NCBI RefSeq assembly: GCF_018350175.1
Contig: NC_058373.1
Span: 104,410,001-104,474,000, forward strand
Direction of reading: 5' to 3'
Origin: Felis catus
Lineage: Eukaryota
DNA length: 64,000 nt
How positions within the stretch are numbered: position 1 is the stretch's first letter; each line of letters opens with the position of its first letter. Below are positions 1-12,062 of the stretch, one piece after another. A model generated the notes under the pieces. That model searched no databases, was not told the origin of the DNA, and worked only from the letters and a program-made list of their open reading frames with translations. Both the position numbers and the translations under genes were made by a program.

Positions 1-312
1 TATTCATGGTTGTCCCAGTAATGGTCTTTATAATTGCTTCTTGTTTGTGTGTTTGTGTTTTATTTTTTTAGATCCAGGATCCAATCTAGGATTATGTATT
101 GCATTTTATTTTCTTGTCTCTTTAATTCAAGACACTTCCCTTTTTGTTTCTTTTCCTTTTTCTCTGTCTCCTCCTTCCTTCTCTCCTCCTCCTCCTCCTC
201 CTCCTCTCTCTCCCTCATTCTCAGTCTTGATCCTCCCCTTCCTCTTCCTCCATCCCCCCTTCATTGTCTTCTTTTTTTCCCCTAACAGTGGCATTTTAAA
301 GAATCCAGATCA

Positions 313-529
313 GGGGTGCCTGGGTGGCGCAGTCGGTTAAGCGTCCGACTTCAGCCAGGTCACGATCTCGTGGTCCGTGAGTTCGAGCCCTGCGTCAGGC
401 TCTGGGCTGATGGCTCGGAGCCTGGAGCCTGTTTCCGATTCTGTGTCTTGCTCTCTCTCTGCCCCTCCCCCGTTCATGCACTGTCTCTCTCTGTCCCAAA
501 AATGAATAAACGTTGAAAAAAAAAATTTT
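313..529 (+). mobile_element. Young feline Can-SINE (SINEC_Fc-type)
   Basis: tRNA-like head, (CT)n tract, AATAAA and A tail; TSD aagaatccagatca. Confidence 0.95.
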
Positions 530-1320
530 AAGAATCCAGATCAAATGTTTTGTAGAATGGCCCTAAATTTGGGTTTGTACATTTCCTTGTGATTAAATTA
601 AGGTTACACGTTTTTGGCAAGAGTATTGCACAGGCGATGTTGCCTTGTGCTATTTATTGAACATCTACTATGTGCTATTTATTGAACATCTATGTGCCAG
701 GCACATGATATACACTTTCTGACCTTGACATCCACTCTCACCTCATATTAGAGTCACCTATGGAGTCTTTTAGAAACACAAATGCTTGGGCTGTGCCCCA
801 GACCTATAGAACTAGGGAGCTCAAAGGGTCATGCATTTCATTTCACTTTCTATACTTTTTAGAATATATTTATTTGGTATAGGATTTTATGTACATATGT
901 ACATAGCTTTTTATTTAAGCTCTACCCTTTTAAAGTGCTTTTCAGAACAACAGGGGCTTTATTCAAGGAAGGAAGCTTTTAAGTAAACCAAAGCAGTGGC
1001 CACTTCTGAGCTAGGAAAATCATCCTGGGTCAAAACCCAGAATGTCCCCTCCATCTAGTTGAACCAGCCATAACTTTTGGATTTCATCTTAAGGATAATT
1101 GTTTACCAAACCTTATGCCATATTTCATTTAAGCCCTTGATAACTGATGTTACAAACTGTTATATGAGAAAATCAAGCATCTCAGTGTGAGGATTTGTGC
1201 TTTGTGAGTCATTAGTTTCCTTTCTGCCTCAGTAAGGGACTACCCTGATACCCCCTTGCATGTTATTATAACTGTTGTTATTGCCTATACATATAGTAGT
1301 GACAGAAAACGACAGTTAAA

Positions 1321-1870
1321 TTATGTCTTTGGCCCCAATCTCTCTCCTGAGCTACAACTGGATGCCTCCATTTTTATGTCTCCTGGCAACATGTCAGACT
1401 CACCTTCCCTTTCTCTTCCAAACTCACTTTTTCTCCCAGTTACCCTAATCCAGCAAATGGCCCCAGTTTTCCCCCATTGGCTGCCCAGTTCTTCAAGAGA
1501 AACCCAAGAATCCTCCTGGCCTTCTTGCTCTCTCCACACACGCACATCTGATTCACCACCAGGTTCTGCCCCTCGTATCTCCTGAATATCTCACATTCAG
1601 CTCCTTTTCTCCTGTTACCCTACTTTCCTGGTCCAAGCACCATCTCTCACTTGCATTCCTGCTATGTCCTTGTCACTTGTCTCCCCACATCCGCTTGCAT
1701 TCTCTTCCCATGCATCCTCCGCAGGGTAGACAGAATGATGCTTGAAAATGTAAGCCTGCTTGTGTGGCTCCCCTGACCTTTCGATGCCTTCCTGTGGATC
1801 TTAAGCTCAAGTTCAAAGTCCCTGTTTGACACGACTTGCAAGACCCTGGTGCTCTGGGCCCTGCCTATGC
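1321..1870. mobile_element. Old L2 fragment
   Basis: Degenerate pyrimidine-rich sequence resembling the L2 3' region; by-eye match. Confidence 0.55.
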
Positions 1871-2822
1871 CTCAGAGCCATCACTGATCACTACCTGAAT
1901 CTCTCTTCCCAGTCGAGAGCTTTTGCGTGTGCTGTAATCATGAACAGTTCTGAATGTTCCAGCACCTTGGTCCTCACACAGATATGGATTCCTGTCCCCT
2001 TTGTCCAGCTACTTCCTGTCTCAGCTGAAATATCAGTTCCTCATGGAAACCTTCTGACTTTCAGGTTGTGAGGTCTCCCGGATGTACTGTCATTGTTTGT
2101 TTGTTGTCTGGACTATTGCATAGGCACCAAAGCCGGGAAGCGGGTCTGTGAATAGATGAGTGAACAAGTAAGCCAATCAGAGAATGTTGGGTGGTGAGGA
2201 GTACTGGTAACTGGGACCTGGGGAAGATTTCATTCATTGGGGCCAGGGGGGTGTAATCATCTCTGCTCTGCAAATGAGCCAAGCACTGCTAGAGGCACCG
2301 TTGAGACTGGGAACAGAGATTTTCTGCTGACTAGAGGCAGGAACTTTGGAACAGGAAGAGAATGTTTGTTAATGGTGGAATCTAATGCAATATTAATAAT
2401 AGCTCAAGTCCCACACCACTCTTGATGTTATGATAATGCAGGCCTAAAGTAGAGTGTGAGGCCAAATTCACATGTTCAAGTTTATCCTTGAAAATCTCTT
2501 AAATCATTCATAAATTATTATATACATAGTTCTGTGTACATAGCATTAAAGTTTGAGAACTGAGCTGGATTCTTTTTACTTGTTAGATTTTTATAAATCC
2601 CTACTTGATTCTCCGGCGTTGCTGGACTTAACAAAAAAGAAAAGAAAAATACGATGTTTAAAAACCTAAATGGGTTTTGGTTGAGCAGAGCAGAGGAAAA
2701 AGTGTACCCAACTTCAAAATTAATTTGGGAAGAGAGGAAAGCAACAGAGGTCATTGGGGCGAAAAGGGAGTGATTTTTCCACAGTAAGAGGATTATATAA
2801 AGCATCAAAAATATTTGATGGT

Positions 2823-3020
2823 GGGGTACACAGGTGGCTCAGTCAGTTAAGCATACAACTTTGGCTCAGGTCATGGTCTCATGGTTTGCGAGTTCGAGCC
2901 CCGCATCAGGCTCTCTGCTGTCAGCTCAGAGCCCACTTCAGATCCCCTGTCTCCCTCTCTCTCTGTCCCTCTCCTGTTTTCACGCACTCTCTCTCTCAAA
3001 AATAAATAAACCTTAAAAAA
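2823..3020 (+). mobile_element. Can-SINE (older copy)
   Basis: SINE head, CT tract and A tail; decayed TSD tttgatggt/tttgacggt. Confidence 0.9.
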
Positions 3021-3138
3021 GTTTGACGGTTATGCATTTTATAATATATATATATGTCTTAGCAAAATGCATCACCATTATATCAAATCCATAATTTCAC
3101 AGCTATTTCATTCACAGGCTAAATTTAAAAAACACACC

Positions 3139-3340
3139 GGGTGCCTTGTTGGCTCAGCTGGCTAAGCATCCGACTTCAGCTTAGATCATGACCTTGCGGT
3201 TCATGGGTTCGAGCCCTGCATCGCATTCTGTGCCAACAGCTCAGAGCCTGGAATCTGCTTCGGATTTCGTGTCTCCCGCTCTCCCTGCCCCTCCCCCGCT
3301 CGCACTCTGTCTCTCTCTCAAAAATAAATTAAAAAAAAAT
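3139..3340 (+). mobile_element. Can-SINE
   Basis: SINE head, CT tract and A tail. Confidence 0.9.
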
Positions 3341-3569
3341 AAAACACCCACCCCCAGGATACTTTAAAGAAAAATACTAAGTAGATAATAGTGCAGATGG
3401 CCAGAAAAGACCAGAATTGAGAAGGTGACAATAATATATTTAAGGTGATACTTCCCCTTAAGCATACAGTTATTTTCACTATGAGACATCAGTTCCATCT
3501 TTCTTCAGTTGTCTATATTCTCATGCATGTGTTTGGCACTTTACATTGTATATATGCTTTTACACATAT

Positions 3570-3665
3570 TGGATTAATTTTGACATAAACCCTATGTGGT
3601 AGACAAGACTTTATTCCTATTTTACAGACATGAAAACGGAGGTGCAAAGAGGTTAAATAATTGCA
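3570..3665. mobile_element. MIR fragment
   Basis: attttacagacatgaaaacggaggtgcaaagaggttaaataa resembles the MIR core. Confidence 0.6.
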
Positions 3666-3860
3666 GTTGAGCAATAATCTCTCTATATATACAGAATAAA
3701 GCTATATAGCTATATAAATATAGCCAATATTTATTGAGAGGCTGCTGGGTACTGCGTTCTAGAAACAAAAAGAAGCCCCCGTTCCCATGGAGTTTGCATT
3801 TAGAAACCTATTTTTGGGGCTAAAATAAAGAACTTTGATTTCAAGTTCACTGCCTTTTCT

Positions 3861-4066
3861 TTATTTTTTTTAAAAAAATGTTTATTTTTAAGAGAGAGAG
3901 CAGGGGAGGGGCAGAGAGAGAGAGAGGGAGAGACAGAATCCCAAGCAGGCTCTGTACTGTCAGCAAACAGCCTGACATGGGACTCGATCTCACAAACCAT
4001 GAGATCATGACCTGAGCCTAAATCAAGAGTCTGATGTTTAACCGACTGAGTCACCCAGGCAGCCCT
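3861..4066 (-). mobile_element. Can-SINE
   Basis: Reverse SINE; TSD gttcactgc(c/t)ttttctt. Confidence 0.9.
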
Positions 4067-4330
4067 CAGGTTCACTGCTTTTTCTTCCAACTATAATATA
4101 TCATGGCTTCTGGAAAGGGCAGGAGCCACATAAACATGGTAAAAGTCATAAAATTGTGCACTCAGAAAGCAGTGTTCACTTTGTGTAAGTTATGAACAAG
4201 TGGGCCATCATATGAGTTATAAGTAATTTTTGTATAATAAGTTATATGTAATTATTATATAATTACGGTATATGTAATTATGTAAATATATAATGCGTTT
4301 AAAGTATGTAAATGTAAAATATATGTAAAA

Positions 4331-4540
4331 TTTTATTTTTTTAAGTTTATTTATTTAGAGAGAGAGAGAGAAAGCACAAGGGTCAGGGCAGAAAGAGAGG
4401 AGAGAGAAAGAATCTCAGGCAGGCTTCAGCACTGTCAGCACAGAGCCTGACGCGGGGCTCGAACCCACAAACTGTGAGATCATGACCTGAGCCAAAACCA
4501 GGAGTTGGATGCTTAACCGACAGAGCCACTGAAGGACCCC
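4331..4540 (-). mobile_element. Can-SINE
   Basis: Reverse SINE; TSD tgtaaa(a/t)ttttatttt. Confidence 0.9.
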
Positions 4541-4572
4541 TGTAAATTTTTATTTTAAACCGGCAGCAGAGT

Positions 4573-4797
4573 GGGGCGCCTGGGTGGCGCAGTCGGTTAA
4601 GCGTCCGACTTCAGCCAGGTCACGATCTCGCGGTTGGTGAGTTCGAGCCCCGCGTCGGGCTCTGGGCTGATGGCTCAGAGCCTGGAGCCTGTTTCTGATT
4701 CTGTGTCTCCCTCTCTCTCTGCCCCTCCCCCGTTCATGCTCTGTCTCTCTCTGTCCCAAAAATAAATAAATGTTGAAAAAAAAAATTAAAAAAAAAA
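4573..4797 (+). mobile_element. Young SINEC_Fc
   Basis: Near-consensus copy with CpGs retained; TSD taaaccggcagcaga. Confidence 0.95.
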
Positions 4798-6252
4798 TAA
4801 ACCGGCAGCAGAAAACAAAGACAGAACTTTATCCTAAAAGAGACCTAAAACTCTCATCCCACCTTCCCAAAGAGGGAACATGAATGGGCAAATACAGCAT
4901 TAAATGAGAGGAGATGGGTACAGCAGGATCTTAATTACCTGAACTGGACTAGCATTCAGAAAGCTCCTGTAAATCTATGATCTTGACTTTGCTTCCCTTT
5001 TAAGAGAAAGCAAATGAAGTGCTTTCAGAAGACAGAGGAAGCAAAGATGTTCCCTGGGAATAAGTAAAAAGGAATCACAGCTCACGCATGTGCCTAGTAT
5101 GGTGGTGAAATCTGTACGCTTTGCAGACGGGCAGCCTGCTCTTGAAAGATAAGGTTGAAAAGTGACACTCTTATACTTGTAGACTTTGCCAAAGTTGTCC
5201 TGGACAGAGCTCCAAGTCCCTGGAGTCCCCATGAAGATATATGAGGGGCTGGGGGTGGGTGGAGTGAACTTTCTGGAGGGAGAAAGACCTGGCCTGGAAT
5301 CCTGGCTCTGTCTAATGAGGGTGAATAGTAACTCCTTCTATACAGGCTGCGTGAGGATTGAGAGCGATAATTCATGCTGCAGGTCGAGGACAGTGTCTGG
5401 TTCATGGTAAGCACTCAACAAACCTTAATTAGAACAAAATGAATCCGCTTTCAAAAGCAGCAGAATGCCGAGAACCCCTCTTCTCCACAGTCCTTCCTGG
5501 ACCCCTCCGGATCTGGGACATCTTCCAAAGATTTTACCAATGTTGGTTTTTCTTGGCTTGTCCTCAAGCCATGACTCGAAGTATCTGACTTTAGCTGAGA
5601 CACTTTTTTGGATTGTTTGGTCAATGTTTTTTAAATTGTCGCAGTTGTTTATCTATGTGCCTACATAGCATATTTCATTCTGGCACTGGGAGTATAGGTT
5701 AAATAGATTCCCCAAGTAGATTTTCAATTATTTAGCCTTTTCTTAGTCAATGAACTTATTGATGAAGCATCCTGTCCCTTTGAGCAGGAGCAGTGTCTCT
5801 TTCAGCTAGCAACTTTGCATCCGAGAAGCTCAGGACCTCCAGAGACGTGGCCAGCATTTCTGTAGATCTCTCAGTGGTCAGTCTTGCTGTGTGGAAAATA
5901 TTATATATTCAAAGGGTGGGTTTGCCCTGGGGGACTATGGACAGGCAAACTTAACGGGATTCTAATTGGTGGGACAACACAGCACAGAGACTACGAACAC
6001 GGTTATCTGTTGGAAATCACTGAGCGGTCTGGCCTGGCTGGAAGCAAAGTTGGGCCCAAGAATGGCAGCAGAGAAAGCCAGAAAGGTAGGCAGCAAGTAG
6101 ATCTTGAAGGCTTAGAGTGCCAGGGTGAAGGGTTAAGTCTTTGTCTTCAGGCTGATGGATTTTCACTGAGGATTTTTTTTTTTTTTTTTAAGCAAGAGAA
6201 TGATATGGTCAGATGTGCATTTGATAAGATTACTTTGCTATTGGTGTGGCGC

Positions 6253-6582
6253 TTCTAAAATTTTATTGTGCATGAGAATCACCTCGGACTCTTGATAAAA
6301 TGCACATCCTGATTCGGTAGGTCCAGAGTGGGGCCTGGGGCTCTGCATTTCTAATAAACTCCCGGGTGATGCAGATGTTGCTGGTCTGTGGCTAATGCTT
6401 TGATTACCAAGTAAAGCAGCGGGTCTTAAACCTTAGGAGTATCAGAATCACCTAGGGTGGGGTTAAAAACCCAGACTGCTGGCCTCCGCCCCTACATTTT
6501 CTGATTCGGTCACTCTGGCTGGGGCCCAACAACTCCCCGGGTGATGCCGGTGCTGGTTGCCTGAGGACCATACAGAGAAGCA
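6253..6582. mobile_element. Two adjacent MER5A-family (hAT-Charlie) MITEs
   Basis: Both carry agaatcacct...ctgattcggt...ggggccc...aactccc(c)gggtgatgc..gctgg motifs typical of MER5A. Confidence 0.7.
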
Positions 6583-7240
6583 TCAGGGTAGCGGGGTGAA
6601 TGGAAGACGGGGAAGACTTGGGGGAGGAACACAGTCAGGAGGCTGGTGTGACACATGACCTAAGGGTGGCCTTGGGAATGTGAGAGAGGTAAGAGTTCGG
6701 TGCCAGGTGACATCGACAGGACTTTGTGACTGACCAGCTGCTGGGAGTGGGAGCTGAAGGGCTGGAAAGACCCCAGGTCTCTGGCTCGAGTGGCCCAGAG
6801 TGTGGAGGGAGGTCTCACCCACTGAGACAGCAGATGCCCCCCGAGCAAGCCTGGGGTGAGCAGTAATGGTGGCTTCAGTTTTAGACATTCTGAATGAGCC
6901 TGGGAGGGCTGCAGGGGGAAGAGTGGGGTGGGGGAGGGTGTCTGCATATGGCCACGTGGTCCATTCTCTTTAATCACAAGATGAGGCTCTTTTGCCTTTT
7001 CCCTCCCAAGGTTGGAGCAAGGATTGCAGGGATGCCTGTAAAGCACAGCCTCTAAAAAGAGACATCTTACTGCAGTGCTGAAGCTTCTTTTCCTCCCAGC
7101 CACCCAAAATCACGTGATCGTGTGATCACTACATTCTAGGAAGCACATATCAGCAGAAACCCAAGGCTACTTGCTATATATATATACCCACCCCCTCCCT
7201 GGAAGTTTATTTGATGAAGCTTTAAGAACACTGGAAAAAA

Positions 7241-7464
7241 GGGGCGCCTGGGTGGCTCAGTCGGTTAAGCGTCCGACTTCGGCTCAGGTCACGATCTCGC
7301 GGTCTGTGAGTTCGAGCCCGGCGTCAGGCTCTGGGCTGATGGCTCAGAGCCTGGAGCCTGCTTCCGATTCTGTGTCTCCCTCTCTCTCTGCCCCTCCCCC
7401 GTTCATGCTCTGTCTCTCTCTGTCTCAAAAATAAATAAATGTTAAAAAAAAAAATTAAAAAAAA
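7241..7464 (+). mobile_element. Young SINEC_Fc
   Basis: Near-consensus copy; TSD aacactggaaaaaa. Confidence 0.95.
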
Positions 7465-7565
7465 AACACTGGAAAAAAGACTGTACTTTCAGGGATCATT
7501 TCTATAGTTCGTAAAAACACTGGAAATATTTTATTTTGCTAAAAAAAAAATAAGTCATGACTCAC

Positions 7566-7725
7566 CTGGACTTCTGTTCAAGGTTTCATCTGGCAAAAAG
7601 GTTGGAAGGTCCCTGTCATCATTTCTTGGGATGCTTTGAAGGATTTTCTTGGCTTTGTGGTCCCTCGGTTTTTGCTTATTAATCCTTGCCTCCCTGTGAA
7701 GACTTTTTTTCAACTCTGCTTGGGC
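7566..7725 (-). CDS. CCDC198: CCDC198 coding exon 5 (AQAELKKSLHREARINKQKPRDHKAKKILQS...DETLNRSP, 160 nt)
   Basis: Acceptor cattttcag|, donor CAG|gtgagt, phase 0-1. Lies within ORF 7555..7740. No stop codon is reached, so a further exon is needed (not seen in the window). Confidence 0.93.
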
Positions 7726-8536
7726 CTGAAAATGATCCACTGTAATCGATTAGTGTTCTCCCCCTGAGCTACTGTCACCAGAACAGGTCAACAGATCAGT
7801 CACTTTGCAAGTTGAGTGCTTAACTGTGGTCCCCTAATCAGAACACGCTTTTTTTTTCCTATTAGATGGTATGGAAACTTTCTCTTTGCACAGGACAGGC
7901 TCGTTAGGAAAGGGGAGAATATATGCCCACAGTCTCAAAAAGCTATGGTTTGATTTAAGAGGAGCTTTGTAAAAACATTTGTTGGCAGGCAAGTGATGTA
8001 TTTAGAATTGCAGAAGACAGTGACTTTAGGCTTAAACACTCGAGTGAGGAATTTGGAATATGACACTTACAGGAGACATTACTGTAAAGGGTGTGTTCTA
8101 AGAGATCATTCTGGTAAGATAATTCTATGGTGTGAATTATGGAGGGATGCCTAGGTATCAAAATAAAGACCAACTCACCCCCCCTCTATTTTACTAAATC
8201 AAGAAAAATGATCTAACCTCATTTTCCTGCTGGAGCCAGAACATCATAGGAGAAATTTATGAACAAAAAATATAGGAAGGGAAGAAAAAAACAGACTTGG
8301 GGCACAGATATGTCCTTGTGACTGAAAACAGAGAAAAGACTCAACAGTCGGTAGCAGAAGGGATCTTGCTGATTCTTCCCAGCTCCAGTAGTGGAAGCTT
8401 CGGTGCCAATGACCAAATTTAAAATGCTAAGTAAAGACTGGGGATGAATGCTAAACTACATTCATGTGCGAGGGCAGTGATTATGTGGAGTAAATGTGCT
8501 AAATATGGCACTCTTCTTCTCTCTCCTCATACTTAC

Positions 8537-8638
8537 CTCTTGTCTGTTCCGGTTCATTTCCAACATTCTCATCTTATGTAAATATTGTCTTTTCCCGGGA
8601 ATGTATCCTGGAGTTGGCATTGTCTTTTCCAGTTCCTG
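8537..8638 (-). CDS. CCDC198: CCDC198 coding exon 4 (QELEKTMPTPGYIPGKRQYLHKMRMLEMNRNRQE, 102 nt; 99 nt if the distal AG is used)
   Basis: Acceptor ctttcacag|cag| (NAGNAG), perfect donor GAG|gtaagt, phase 0-0. Lies within ORF 8462..8656. Confidence 0.93.
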
Positions 8639-9546
8639 CTGTGAAAGATGCCGCACTCATTACAACTGGGCAATTTGTTACGGACTCTGCAATCCACAAC
8701 TTGCAATTCTTTTTGGAACAGAGCGAGATCTTAATCAGTCATCAGTTATAATCCATAGAGATCTCTTATTATGTCAAAGGGGGATCATTGTAGTTCTTCA
8801 CTGAGTCCTTTCCGGGTGGCCCTCAGTGACTAAAGCTTTGCTCTGTGTCTAATACAGTTTTTAAGCTTCCTGTAGAGTTTTGCAAATCTGAAATGGAAAT
8901 ATCTTTCCACATCTCATTTATTCCTATCTCCCCAGAAACGTGTTCTGGTTTGATAAAACTGGCCTCTTTCTTCAAAATGCCTCTTCTGCTGTTGACTAAT
9001 TGTCTGGACGTGAAATTAGAGGGGAGCCACCAAATGGCTAAGTGGAACGCATTTCCATAGACTGTACCCTCATATACCAACGTAAGCCCTGGAATATTAG
9101 GAAGTTGATCATTTGTGACTTTGGTGATCTCCCGTGGTGCATCGTAAACCCCAGTGGGACAGTGCAGTTATTGAGGGCAACCAGGGGTGAATACACCCTT
9201 GTTCATTCCTTGCTGTGGCCAGGAAAGGGAGCCAGATGTGCTCCGTGATATCTTTTACACTGCCCTGTGGACAGTGACTATGTTGGCTGTAGCGAGCCTC
9301 ACGAGGGGGCCATCTCTACAGTGCTGTCAGCAGCACAAACATGACCTTGAGGGTCTAAAAGCACCTGGGCATCTTTGACCACATCAGCTAGCTGTGCCGC
9401 AGTACCTTGCTGGCTTGACAATGAATCAGGAGTGGAAAGGGTTGAAAATCTACTACCTCACAGTTTTCATGTCTACACGAGGGGAGCTGTCTCAGCAGAA
9501 AGTGACAACCTGATAGAAGGAAAAGCTCTTTAGAAGACATTTTCCA

Positions 9547-9770
9547 AGGGGCGCCTGGGTGGCTCAGTCGGTTAAGCGGCTGACTTCGGCTCAGGTCATG
9601 AGCTCACGGTCCGTGAGTTCGAGCCCCGCGTTGGGCTCTGTGCTGACAGCTCAGAGCCTGGAGCCTGTTTCAGATTCTGTGTCTCCCTCTCTCTGACCCT
9701 CCCCCGTTCATGCTCTGTCTCTCTCTGTCTCAAGAATAAATAAACGTTAAAAAAAAAATTGAAAAAAAAA
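9547..9770 (+). mobile_element. SINEC_Fc
   Basis: TSD agaagacattttccaagg. Confidence 0.95.
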
Positions 9771-10172
9771 AGAAGACATTTTCCAAGGATTTGTTTTTTG
9801 GTGAGGTTGTGGTAAATAAGTTAGGGACACCTTGTAGATAGGATTTCCGCCAAAAGACTGAGAATGAAGGGAAAGCTTTAACTTGAGGGGACGAATAAAA
9901 GGAGAGTCATACTAGATTTTTCATAAATGTGAACACTTCTAGAATTAGCAGTGTCCAAGAAAAATTCCTCTCTCTTATCTACATCTTCCTGTTTTCACCA
10001 GGAAGTGGAGAAGGGCCCAGAGTTTACCTCACAGACAAGAGTCTTTGCCAGTTGGAGGCAGGCCTGGGAGAGAATGGATAGCTTTGGAAGTCTTGACTCT
10101 GAATGACTTAATAGTTTGATTTGTCTTTGAGGTCTTCTTGCAGGGAGTAAATGAAAGGACAGGCCATCCCTG

Positions 10173-10194
10173 CCCCCCCCCCCCCCCCCCCCCC
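10173..10194. repeat. C22 homopolymer (G22 on the CCDC198 transcript)
   Basis: Direct count. Confidence 0.9.
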
Positions 10195-10228
10195 GTTACT
10201 CACCCCCTCCAGTTAGCGTTGCGTTTAC

Positions 10229-10315
10229 CTTTGCTCTGTGAGTTGTTCTGGCTTCTTGCTGGCTCAGGAGCCTTTCAGAAGTAATTACTTGTGGCAGGTC
10301 AATGGGTTCAAGCTT
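10229..10315 (-). CDS. CCDC198: CCDC198 coding exon 3 (KLEPIDLPQVITSERLLSQQEARTTHRAK, 87 nt)
   Basis: Acceptor ttctag|, donor AAG|gtaaac, phase 0-0. Matches remembered KLEPIDLP..ITS.RLLSQ. Confidence 0.93.
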
Positions 10316-11310
10316 CTAGAAGTCCAACATTTAGAGTATTCAGCATTCCTCATGCCATGAGATGATGAAACATAAAAGCCAGACATGAAACTATCTTACC
10401 ACTTTGCAAAAGCAGCACTTATTCCTGAGAGCACACAGGGAAGGCGATTTCAACAGGATTACAGTTGTATCTGTGCAAGAGTTTTCAACTCATCTGGGTT
10501 CTTTATTCTCTTTCACCGACGCCAGTGACTTATTGATCTGAATATTTGTCAGGGAGTTAAAAGACTAAGAATCCTTTTCTGTGTGCATCGAGGGAGCAAG
10601 TCCAAAGTTATCAAACAACAAGGGTCTTAGAGTATTAACGATGAAAGAGGCACCAGGAATTTCTTTTATTCATTCCTTAACTGCCCAGCTGAACTCTTTC
10701 AGTCCTTAGGGAAGTAACCTATTTTTAAGATCTCCAGAGAACCTCCCTCAGCCTCCTCAATAATAATCACTGGTGCTCCTGAGGCACATTTACATGAAAG
10801 TGCAATGGGCTTACAAATCTTGGACACTTTTTTTTCTTTTTTCTTAGCAGGGGATTGTCTTTATGGGGAAGATCACATTGGAGTTTCAAGGAATCACTAA
10901 GACTGGGAAGCAACTGATGAACCAACAGATCTGCCTTCAACCCTATTTGCCTCGATGACTTAATGCTCTGGAAGTTGGAACGTTGGGAAATGACTGATCA
11001 GGCCTGGGAGACAAAAGGTGGGTCTCTCCACACTGACATGCAGGCAGGGACCTGGAAGGCTGTAGAATTTATGTGTTTACTCAGTGAGTACATACTGAAC
11101 AACTAGTGCATACCAGGCATGGGGGCGCAATGGTCAACAAAAGCAATATGGTCCCTACGGAGCTCACAATCTATGGGGGGAACAAACACATTTTGCTTGT
11201 GTGATTATTCATTGATAATTACAAACTGCGATCTGTACTTTGTAGAAAAGGTCTGCAGGGCAGAACCGTGACAATATGTAACCAGAGGACTCCACTTTGG
11301 AAACGGAAGT

Positions 11311-11776
11311 TGTTATGAGTTGAATTGTGCCCTCTACCCCAGTTTGTATGTTGAGGTCTTAACCCCCCAATATGTCAGAATGTGATGTTATTTGGAAATA
11401 GGGTCCTTGCAGATATAATTAGTTAAGATGAGGTCACAGGAGCAGGGTGACCCTTAATCCAACATGTCTGGTGTCCTCATTACAAAAGGGAAATTGGGGT
11501 GCACACCCACATGCACACAGGGAGAACACCTGTGAAGGTAGAGATGGGGATGATACTCCTACAAGCCAAGGAGTGACAAAGATTGCCAGGAAACCACCGG
11601 AAGTTAAAAGAGAGGCATGGAACAGATTCTTCCTCTCAGCTCCCAGAAGAAACCAACCCTTAAAACACCTTGATCTTGGACTTCTAGCATCCAGAATTGT
11701 GAGATAATACATTTCTATTATTTAAAGCCCCACAGTTTGTTGTACTTTGTTAGAGCAGCCCTAGAAAATTAATACA
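11311..11776 (+). mobile_element. MaLR solo LTR (MLT1A/B/C-like)
   Basis: tgttatgagttgaattgtg start and gcagccctagaaaattaataca end, typical of MLT1. Confidence 0.8.
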
Positions 11777-12062
11777 AGGGGGAGAGGAATAAGGAGGCAG
11801 TCCAAGAAAGTTTCCTGAAGATGAATTTTTCAGCAGAAGTTGGACACTTAGGAAATTTTAGGGAACTAAGGTGTTCCAGGTGGGGAGAACAACATAAACA
11901 ATAACCCTCAGGTAAGAGAGTGTATGATCTGTTGAGGAAATTGCAAGAAGTCAGTTGACTGCTGTTCAGAGTCAGGGAAGAATGGCTCAAATGAGGCTGG
12001 AGAGGTAGGCAGGGGCCAAGTTTTGTAGGTCCTGATAGGGCATTCTAAAGATGTTGGTCGTC

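Noticed and set aside
313..400. tRNA-like A/B boxes in SINE heads as tRNA genes
   Set aside because: They continue into SINE bodies with CT tracts, A tails and TSDs; recurrent ORFs such as MAQSVKRPTS are SINE translations.
1..7565. Terminal coding exon of CCDC198
   Set aside because: No sequence encoding the remembered C-terminus (...ERIPLFDEFF...) was found; it probably lies left of the window.
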